A stretch of DNA of 64,000 bases, taken from NCBI GenBank assembly GCA_964431805.1, contig CAYSKV010000003.1, positions 53,256 to 117,255 on the forward strand. Direction: 5' to 3'. Every line of letters begins with the position of its first letter. Positions within the stretch are counted from its first letter, which is position 1. Of the stretch, positions 56,591-64,000 are shown in pieces. The notes under the pieces are model-generated. The model was not told the DNA's origin, searched no databases, and saw only the letters and a list, made by a program, of their open reading frames with translations. The position numbers and the translations under genes were made by a program. This DNA comes from an uncultured Gammaproteobacteria bacterium. GTDB lineage: Bacteria; Patescibacteriota; Patescibacteriia; Patescibacteriales; GWC2-42-12.

Positions 56591-57703
56591 TTATTCAAAT
56601 TTTATTTTAACAATTTCTGGATTAGCTAAAATTCTCATTGGCGGGCCCCAAGTGCCGGTTCCAGAAGAAGTATAAACCATAGTATCCTCAGATTTTTTTA
56701 AGCCGTATTGAAAGCCGTTATATAAAAAATGTTCAATAATTTGAATGGGGAAAAGTTGGCCTCTATGAGCATGGCCGCAAAGCTCTAGAGAGATGCCGAA
56801 TTTAGCAGCCACTTTCATTTTATCCGGCACATGCCTTAATAAAATACTAGGTTTATTTTTATCTATTTTAAGATTGGCTAAAATAGTTTCATAATCATTT
56901 TTGTTGTAAGCTGATTTATAATCAACGCCGATAATTTGTACGCCATTTATTTCTTCCATTTTATTATCTAGCACATTAATGCCGGCTTTAGTAATGGCGT
57001 CAATATATTTTGTGTTATCGCCGAATTCTTCATGGTTACCGGTAACAAAAAATTTACCCAAAGGCGTTTTGATGGTTGAAAAAATTTGAGCCAGTCTATT
57101 TAAATTTACATTAGCTTGGCCATCATAAAAATCTCCTCCGATAAAAAGTATGTCTGGTTTTAAATTATCAATTTGGTCGGAAACTTTAGCCGCGAATTCA
57201 TAATTATCAATTGCGCCTAAATGCAGGTCGCTTATAAAAACGGCGGTTTTTCCTCGCCATTCGTTTGGTAAATTTGGTAAAGCGATATTTAATTCTTTTA
57301 TTTTGATATTCTGCGCCGCTATAATGCCGTAAATTATTATGGTAGTTGCTATTAGAAATAAACTAATAATTAGATTTTTTTGGTTAACGCTGAAAGAAAA
57401 AATTTTTCCTAAAAATAAAATTAAATATGCTATTAGGCAGGCTAAAGTAAAATAAAGCAGAACGCCAAACCAGCTAGCAGCGACGATATAATAAAGACGA
57501 ACTAAAATATTGGAAAAGCGGGAAATTAAAATTGAAGCTAAGATGAAACTAATGGGTAAAAAAATAAAAATGCTTTTTAATATATTTAAATAAACTCGGC
57601 TAGTTATGCCTAAAAAATAAATTAAAGATTGAAATAAAAAATAGTGTGCCGCGAAAACGACTGTTAAAATGGCAAAGGCAGCTAGAATAAATAAATATAT
57701 CAT
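56591..57703 (-). CDS. Membrane metallophosphoesterase (YkuE/YaeI-like)
   Basis: SDLHLG, GGDFYDG, GNHEE, GHAHRGQ, GTWGPPMR. Confidence 0.92.
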   Translation of the reverse strand: MIYLFILAAFAILTVVFAAHYFLFQSLIYFLGITSRVYLNILKSIFIFLPISFILASILISRFSNILVRLYYIVAASWFGVLLYFTLACLIAYLILFLGKIFSFSVNQKNLIISLFLIATTIIIYGIIAAQNIKIKELNIALPNLPNEWRGKTAVFISDLHLGAIDNYEFAAKVSDQIDNLKPDILFIGGDFYDGQANVNLNRLAQIFSTIKTPLGKFFVTGNHEEFGDNTKYIDAITKAGINVLDNKMEEINGVQIIGVDYKSAYNKNDYETILANLKIDKNKPSILLRHVPDKMKVAAKFGISLELCGHAHRGQLFPIQIIEHFLYNGFQYGLKKSEDTMVYTSSGTGTWGPPMRILANPEIVKIKFE

Positions 57704-57712
57704 AAAAAATAA

Positions 57713-58339
57713 TTAAATTTCTTCAAATTTTACTAATCTAGGAATTAATTTTATAGTCGGTGCGCTTAAAATGCTGATAATTAATTTAATTAAAATATTG
57801 GCAAGTATTATTTGTAAAACTGTGGCTAATGGCAAACTGCCTAAAAAAGCGATAAAACCAAAAATAAAACTATCAATCAGTAAAGCCACTAAATTAGAAA
57901 AAAAGACGGCGAGTAAATCATTTGTTTTTTTATAAATAATGCTAAAAATTTCAGTATCAATTAATTCTGATATTACTTGAGCTATTATGCTGGCCATTAC
58001 AATTCTTCCTACGGGTAATAAAATATTTTCATAAGCTTCTTGAAATTGCCAAGTCGGGTCAGCTGGCATTTTACCGACTAGCCAGAATAAAATAAACATT
58101 AAAGCGTTTAAACAGGCGGCGATAATAACTACCTGTCTGGCATTATTTTTCCCCCATGACTTATGAACAAAGTCTCTTAAAGTAAAGGTTAGGGGGTAAA
58201 TTATTGTACCGCCATCAACCGCTAAGTTAATAAATGGCAAAACAGTAATTTTTGTTGAGAGGATATTGGCAAAAATTTGTGCAGCCACATAAAATGAGCT
58301 ACTTAAAAGAGGAATATTAATTTTAGTGAAGATTTTCAT
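57713..58339 (-). CDS. Queuosine precursor transporter (YhhQ/VUT family)
   Basis: ANILSTK, GTIIYPLTF..RD, RIVMAS..AQVISE..D, IDSFIF..IAF. Confidence 0.85.
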   Translation of the reverse strand: MKIFTKINIPLLSSSFYVAAQIFANILSTKITVLPFINLAVDGGTIIYPLTFTLRDFVHKSWGKNNARQVVIIAACLNALMFILFWLVGKMPADPTWQFQEAYENILLPVGRIVMASIIAQVISELIDTEIFSIIYKKTNDLLAVFFSNLVALLIDSFIFGFIAFLGSLPLATVLQIILANILIKLIISILSAPTIKLIPRLVKFEEI

Positions 58340-58389
58340 AAAACTGCTCGGGGTAATCAACCGTATCCGTACGGAAAATTAACTATATT

Positions 58390-60213
58390 TTATATTTTGA
58401 TAAAATTTTCTAAATTACTTAAACAATCTTTAATCTCTTGTTCTAAAGAATCTGTATTTTCTAATTCATCAATTACTTTTACTAATTTTTGAAATTTATT
58501 ATCACCACTAACACCAAGCTTATCTTCAAAACTGCTTGAAAATTTTGTAATCTTTTCACTTTGTGCATTATTTTCTATTGCTGTATTTTCATTATCTGGT
58601 TCTGAATCCTCTATTTTATCTTGATCAAATATAGTATAGTAGTCTATTCCGTAATACTTACAAATCATTTGATAGTTTTTAATTTTAGTTTTTCCCCATG
58701 CTGAGATAATTGAAATAGAAAATTTTTCAATATCAAAATTATTAAGTCTCAACAATTTTGGCAAAGCATATTTTTCTCCAGGTCCTTCAACTAAAATACA
58801 TTTTTTTGTAAAAAATAATTCTAAATTTTCTCGCAGTATTGAACTTATATGTAAATTTTTTTTAGCATAATCATCGAGATACTGTGGGGGTGTTCCATCC
58901 TCTCCATCTGTAGCTGTTGTTTGAATTAAATCTTCTTCTAATTTTGGGAAAATTAAAGAATCTTTTACCGTCCTAATTTGTCGCCAATTTTTTAAAGAAA
59001 TAAAATTTTCTGATTGAGTAGAATAAATAATTTGTAAATCTTCTTGTTCAACAAAAATGTCATACATTTTTCTTTGCCAATCAGTATGCAAGTGAAGTTC
59101 GGGCTCATCAATCATTAATACAATCGGAATTTTTTCCTGTTCTGAAACATAAGAAAAAAGAGCATAGGCAATTAAAATATTAAAGCCAGAACCAAGATTT
59201 TCTGGTAAAAGTATTTTATCACTTTCTTTTTTAGCAACAAAAGCTGACTTATAAGGCTGGTCAATATCTATAAAATCTATCTGAAAATTGCTATCCTCGC
59301 AACAAACAGAGTTTACTTTTTTATTTATTTTTCTAATTAAAGTCTCTTTTTCATCAACAATATTTCTCAACGAACTAGCCAAGGTATTGTATTCTTCTGA
59401 AATTGTATTAGAATCGTTGGTTGCTTCTTTATTTTTATATCTCCAATGTAAATCTGTAAGAATTTTTGAAATAAGAGAATAGGTACCCGCCACATCTTTA
59501 TTTCTATCTTTGCCAAGATAATACGCCTTTGCTAATCCCTTTATTTTATTTGGATTAAAATTAAGACTATATTCTGGGAAAGACGCCTCTCTTTCTTCAT
59601 TAGATTTCAACTTAAATTTAACTTGATAATATCTTTCATTTTTTGTGATATTCGTAGCAACTCCTTTTAATAAATTTTTAATAATTTCTTTTGCAGTTTC
59701 AAGATCTTGAATTTCCGTATCTATTTCTTCAAGAGATAATATTTTATAAGCTTTTTTAAAATCTAAATCTTGATAAATTGAATCATCAATATCGTTTAAT
59801 ATTGGAACTACTGTTTTATTAATTATAAATGGATCGTCTAAAACTCGATCTGCTTTTTGTCTTCTTTTTATAGATAATCTAACCTTGCTACAAGGAACTA
59901 TTACCGATGAAGAAACACCTGTATTACTAACAACATCTATATCAACATAAAAAGGCTTGACTGTTTCACCTTCGATTACAATCTGTTCTTTCATATCTCT
60001 TGCTTCACTATTAAAATCTTTTTCACAAATCTTTGTGGGCAGGTAATCACCGCCAATTAAAAAATTTAAAGCTTCTAAAATTGCGGTCTTTCCACTTCCA
60101 TTTTTTCCAATAAAACCTGTAATCCCTTTATTTAATTCAATCACCACGCCATTTCCGTCTAAACCCTTACCAAAACAACGGAAATTTTTGATTGTTATTG
60201 TCTTTATATACAT
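58390..60213 (-). CDS. OLD-family ATP-dependent nuclease (ABC ATPase plus TOPRIM)
   Basis: IKNFRCF, GKNGSGKT, LGSG, IDEPELHLH; TOPRIM ILVEG..E and DQD. Confidence 0.88.
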   Translation of the reverse strand: MYIKTITIKNFRCFGKGLDGNGVVIELNKGITGFIGKNGSGKTAILEALNFLIGGDYLPTKICEKDFNSEARDMKEQIVIEGETVKPFYVDIDVVSNTGVSSSVIVPCSKVRLSIKRRQKADRVLDDPFIINKTVVPILNDIDDSIYQDLDFKKAYKILSLEEIDTEIQDLETAKEIIKNLLKGVATNITKNERYYQVKFKLKSNEEREASFPEYSLNFNPNKIKGLAKAYYLGKDRNKDVAGTYSLISKILTDLHWRYKNKEATNDSNTISEEYNTLASSLRNIVDEKETLIRKINKKVNSVCCEDSNFQIDFIDIDQPYKSAFVAKKESDKILLPENLGSGFNILIAYALFSYVSEQEKIPIVLMIDEPELHLHTDWQRKMYDIFVEQEDLQIIYSTQSENFISLKNWRQIRTVKDSLIFPKLEEDLIQTTATDGEDGTPPQYLDDYAKKNLHISSILRENLELFFTKKCILVEGPGEKYALPKLLRLNNFDIEKFSISIISAWGKTKIKNYQMICKYYGIDYYTIFDQDKIEDSEPDNENTAIENNAQSEKITKFSSSFEDKLGVSGDNKFQKLVKVIDELENTDSLEQEIKDCLSNLENFIKI

Positions 60214-60219
60214 AAAAAA

Positions 60220-62619
60220 TTATTCTAACTTTAAAATATCCCAGTCCTTATTATTCTCATAAACATACTTTTCTTTTCTATTAACAACCCAGTTAGGATA
60301 TTTTTCAATAACTATTCCGCCGTCTAATTCAAAATCATATTTTGCACTATTTTTCTTTATCCATTTTTGCAACGCCATATTCTTATCAGCGGTTTCTTGG
60401 CTTTTTGCTGTAATATCATTTTTAGGGTCTACTAGATACACTTTCTTTTTTGTTCTTATAATAAAGTCGGGATAAAAAAGTCTATTTTTCTTTTCTTGGG
60501 TGTCAAAATATTCTACCGCAAAAGAATTTCTTCCACTGTCATTTTGCTTATGCCACCAGATAACTTCCTTTTGCGATTCTAAAAATTTAATAAAACTTAA
60601 TTCATTTTTTCTGCCACTATACTCTTTTTTAATATAAAATTTTTCATAAGCATTTTTTAATACTTTTATGTTTTTCCCCTTGTAGTCAAACAAATCATTC
60701 TTTGGGATAATTTCATTTAATTCTTCATAATCGTCCGTAAAACCAATTTCTTTTTCTGGTAATTCTAAATCAAAAATATCTTTTTCTTCTTTTTCTTTAA
60801 TCTCAATTTCGTATTTTATTCTAAAAACTTTCAATGCCTTACTTATGGCTATTTTGAGTGGACTATCTTCCTTTAATAGCTCATTAACAATAATTGAGTA
60901 ATAATCCGACCTATCTAATCCCAATCTAGTGCTAAACCAAACATTTAAAGCCTTTTTTAATGGTCCCCATGATCTAGATGGGTTATATTTTGCTTCTACA
61001 TCATCTTGTTTTTTTAACTCTTCAAAACAAAGCAAATTATAAAGCCTTTCTATGTCCATTAGAGAAAAATGATAATTCAAGTCCTTGCCTTTATCTTTTA
61101 TTTCTTTCGCAAAATTATCAAAGCTTTCAATTTCAGCATTAACAATAATTTTATTTTCTACTCCATTAACTTTTAAATCTATTTCCGATTTTATTTTATT
61201 TTGATTATCTTTCTGCTTGCTTTCGTCATAAATTGTCCCAAATTCTTTATCTAGAAATTCTTTAAAAAATTTCTGCCATTTATCCTCTGGTGTTAGAGTG
61301 TTGAAATCTGTTCTTTGATGATATGTTGTTTTTAAGGTTATTCTTTTTATTTCTTTTTTTAATTTTGTAAAATTAATCGGGAGTTTATTGCCGTTTTGAA
61401 TTTCTTTTACATCTCTAATATGACTTTTATTATAATTAGTAAAAATAAAAGCTTTATTTAATTCTTCTTTTTCATAATGATGAGCTTCGGGCATTCTTTT
61501 TATTCTGCCAATAATTTGTGTATGAAAAGATGGACTAGCTATTTCTCTAAACATAACTAACACCTCGGCTCGAGGACAATCCCAACCAGTAGCAGGAGCC
61601 ACTTTAAAAATCATAAAATTAACCTTATTATCATTCTTTTCAATCAACTCCAGATTCTTTTTATTCTCACCACTACCCGATAGCCATATTGCAATTTCAT
61701 TATCCTTAACACCTTTCTTTTTTAAATAAGACAAAACTAAATTTTTTAAATTAGTTTGTACTTCTTCCTTTTCTTTAAAATCGCTTGGTAATTGTATCAA
61801 AACAAGCGGGTTAATATTAAGCCCCAACTCTTTATAATATTTTAGTAATTCTAATCTTTTATTATAAGCAAGCTCAAGCATTATTTCATCTTCGGACAAT
61901 TTTTTATTATCTATTTTATTGATATCTTCCTCGGTCTGTATAATAAGTTTTTCTTTTATTAAACCGCTTGCAATAACATCGCTTTCTAAAGCCTCAACAA
62001 ATCCTGCTTTCTTTTGAGAAACATCACTAATACTTGGTAAATCTTTGGGCGTGGCGGTAATTTTTAAAATAATTCTCGGGTCAATTAAATCTACAACTTC
62101 ATTTGCTAGTTTAGTGTCTGTTTCTGTATGTGCTTCATCAATAATTAAGACAATATCTCTTTCTTTCCTTGTTCTCTGTATAAAGTCATCAAAAACCGCT
62201 TCACCGCCATAACCAACTCCACCGCTCTTTCTTAATTTTTTTGATTCTTTGTCTGTCCCTTTTATTTTAGACCAGTTAATAAAAAAGATGTTATTTTTAT
62301 ATAATTTCCCCTCGCTTAAATTATTAATATCTTTCAAATTCATGTCTGTTCCCTCATTAAAATAATGATATAGTTTATCCTTAGATTGAGAATATGATTC
62401 ATCACCGCCAAAAGAAACCCAAACATAGGCCTTGTCTTCATGGAACTGATAATTATCATCGAGGCATTTTAAAAATTCTGCCATCATTATAGTTTTTCCT
62501 GCACCTGTCGGAGCCTTAAAAACTAAAGGGATTCTATAATTTCCTGTTTTCCACAAATCTAAAAAAGTTAAACTTAATTGGTCTATGGATAATTTTTGAA
62601 AATCTTTTAATTCCATCAT
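60220..62619 (-). CDS. Type III restriction endonuclease Res subunit
   Basis: APTGAGKT, IIDEAH, TATP, GWDCPR, QIIGRIKR; C-terminal FYPDF...VDPK nuclease. Confidence 0.9.
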   Translation of the reverse strand: MMELKDFQKLSIDQLSLTFLDLWKTGNYRIPLVFKAPTGAGKTIMMAEFLKCLDDNYQFHEDKAYVWVSFGGDESYSQSKDKLYHYFNEGTDMNLKDINNLSEGKLYKNNIFFINWSKIKGTDKESKKLRKSGGVGYGGEAVFDDFIQRTRKERDIVLIIDEAHTETDTKLANEVVDLIDPRIILKITATPKDLPSISDVSQKKAGFVEALESDVIASGLIKEKLIIQTEEDINKIDNKKLSEDEIMLELAYNKRLELLKYYKELGLNINPLVLIQLPSDFKEKEEVQTNLKNLVLSYLKKKGVKDNEIAIWLSGSGENKKNLELIEKNDNKVNFMIFKVAPATGWDCPRAEVLVMFREIASPSFHTQIIGRIKRMPEAHHYEKEELNKAFIFTNYNKSHIRDVKEIQNGNKLPINFTKLKKEIKRITLKTTYHQRTDFNTLTPEDKWQKFFKEFLDKEFGTIYDESKQKDNQNKIKSEIDLKVNGVENKIIVNAEIESFDNFAKEIKDKGKDLNYHFSLMDIERLYNLLCFEELKKQDDVEAKYNPSRSWGPLKKALNVWFSTRLGLDRSDYYSIIVNELLKEDSPLKIAISKALKVFRIKYEIEIKEKEEKDIFDLELPEKEIGFTDDYEELNEIIPKNDLFDYKGKNIKVLKNAYEKFYIKKEYSGRKNELSFIKFLESQKEVIWWHKQNDSGRNSFAVEYFDTQEKKNRLFYPDFIIRTKKKVYLVDPKNDITAKSQETADKNMALQKWIKKNSAKYDFELDGGIVIEKYPNWVVNRKEKYVYENNKDWDILKLE

Positions 62620-62620
62620 A

Positions 62621-64000
62621 TTATTTTAACTTATCTTTGAGGGTTAAATTAATCTCTTTATACATCTCTAATATTGGTTCTGGAATATCCTCAACTGTTA
62701 TGTTTTTATTTAAATACTTAAAAAGTTTTTTATCTACTCGTCCGTAAGAAAAAACATACAACACGGTTCTTTTATCTTCTATTTTCTTTACTAACTCCTC
62801 GAATTTATCCATATCTTCTCTAAAGTAAATTGCAGTTTTTCTAGTCTTATCTCTGCTTTCAAAAATTTGATACCAATCACAAACCTCGACTTCATTAAAA
62901 GTATTTTCTTTAATTGCAATCATTTGTCCTGCTTTTTGTGTCAATTCATTTCTTTTTTTATCACTTATACTGTCAATTCTATCTACTGAAATTAAATCAG
63001 TTTTAAAATATTGTAAATTACCACCCAATCCATCAATTTTTTCTTTCTTTTTGCTTTTTTTAATATAACCTTTGATAATTTTTTCAATTCTTGGATAACA
63101 AACCTCTTCTGCGATTTCACCCTCATTATTAGTGCAAAGAATAAATTTTCTTTTCCCGTTATCTTCTTTATTAAAATCTAAAACCGCCTCGCCAGTTGTT
63201 CCAGAACCAGCAAAAAAATCAAGAATTATCGCATCAGTCGGAATATGAGCAATTCTTATTAAATGTTCCACTAATTCCTTGGGTTTAGAATATGGAAAAT
63301 CTAAATCTAAAGTCTTAAGATAATCCGTTCCTCTTCTGTTTAAAAACTTTTTATCAGTTAAAAAATTTCTTGGTTTTTTTCCTTTCCCTTTTCTTTCATC
63401 TAAATAACTTTTTGTATAAATGTTATATTTTGCTTGATTTCCATTCTCGTCTAACAAAGGGGATGTTTTTGTTTTTTTGAACACAAGTAAATGTTTATTG
63501 TCTTTAAATCCATTATCAATAGACCATCTCCAAACACCATCGCCTTTTTCTGGCTTTGCTTTTGATCCTTCTTCTTTTTTAACAGGCATGGATTTACCGG
63601 GCGGAATTACTAAAGAACCATCTGGACATTTGATAAAATATCTTTGATTGGGTCTAGTGTCCAAAGAAGATTGATACAAAGCGATATCGTCCCTATATTT
63701 CCCATTTTCATCTTCTTTAGTATAAAGGTCTTCATCGACTTCATCATAAAAATTACTTGTATCTATATGCTTTTTATTCTTTGCATAACAAACAACATAA
63801 TCACAAGACGGAGCAAAATGATTACCTTTATCACTTGCCGTCTTTGAAATTCTTGATATAAGCGTTAAAAAATTTTCTGGTCTAAATATTTTACTGCATA
63901 ATAAATTTAAATTAGAAACTTCTTGTTCGCCAATTGATATAAAAATTACACCATCTTCTTTTAATAAATTTTTGGATAATTCAATTCTCTTTTCCATCAT
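62621..64000 (-). CDS. Type III adenine DNA methyltransferase Mod subunit (N-terminus outside the window)
   Basis: LLKEDGVIFISI, YSKPKEL, ILDFFAGSGTTG, RKFILCTNNE; adjacent to Res. Confidence 0.9.
   Translation of the reverse strand: MMEKRIELSKNLLKEDGVIFISIGEQEVSNLNLLCSKIFRPENFLTLISRISKTASDKGNHFAPSCDYVVCYAKNKKHIDTSNFYDEVDEDLYTKEDENGKYRDDIALYQSSLDTRPNQRYFIKCPDGSLVIPPGKSMPVKKEEGSKAKPEKGDGVWRWSIDNGFKDNKHLLVFKKTKTSPLLDENGNQAKYNIYTKSYLDERKGKGKKPRNFLTDKKFLNRRGTDYLKTLDLDFPYSKPKELVEHLIRIAHIPTDAIILDFFAGSGTTGEAVLDFNKEDNGKRKFILCTNNEGEIAEEVCYPRIEKIIKGYIKKSKKKEKIDGLGGNLQYFKTDLISVDRIDSISDKKRNELTQKAGQMIAIKENTFNEVEVCDWYQIFESRDKTRKTAIYFREDMDKFEELVKKIEDKRTVLYVFSYGRVDKKLFKYLNKNITVEDIPEPILEMYKEINLTLKDKLK

Noticed and set aside
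58340-58389. preQ1 riboswitch upstream of the YhhQ-type transporter
   Set aside because: Only a short CCGTA/TACGG hairpin is visible; the A-rich tail and loop consensus of preQ1-I are missing. An Rfam search would settle it
1-64000. Alternative genetic code (TGA read as Gly or Trp)
   Set aside because: Conserved genes are full length under code 11, Trp is encoded by TGG, and TGA ends the lipase gene in an ATGA overlap

Overview
AT-rich bacterial chromosomal segment read with genetic code 11. Gene content and style suggest a Patescibacteria/CPR (Parcubacteria, possibly Falkowbacteria-like) genome; this is inferred from Shine-Dalgarno-less core genes, lower glycolysis plus acetate kinase, type IV pilus genes, scattered CCA-less tRNAs and little biosynthesis in the window. 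The core carries translation genes (prmC, prfA, rpmE, rpsB, tsf, lepA), glycolysis/fermentation genes (gap, pgk, eno, two gpmI, ackA, malic enzyme), envelope/division genes (uppS, murJ, GT4 cluster, ftsB-like, RlpA-S11 fusion, ftsEX), repair genes (rarA, recJ, RNase HI), five tRNAs and RNase P RNA. Notable items: (1) a gap-linked [FeFe]-hydrogenase operon with a minimal HydB, a free ferredoxin, a TM1266-type protein and an ECF S-component, but no HydC or maturases in the window; (2) at least three families of structured intergenic repeats with compensatory base changes, one carrying a nested hairpin resembling the type I-E CRISPR repeat; (3) two promoter/terminator-bounded candidate ncRNAs; (4) tRNAs that all have C34 anticodons, three with C55 in the T-loop, several followed by cargo islets or att scars; (5) a type III restriction-modification plus OLD-nuclease defence island at the right edge. 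All family assignments come from reading motifs by eye; no database searches were run.
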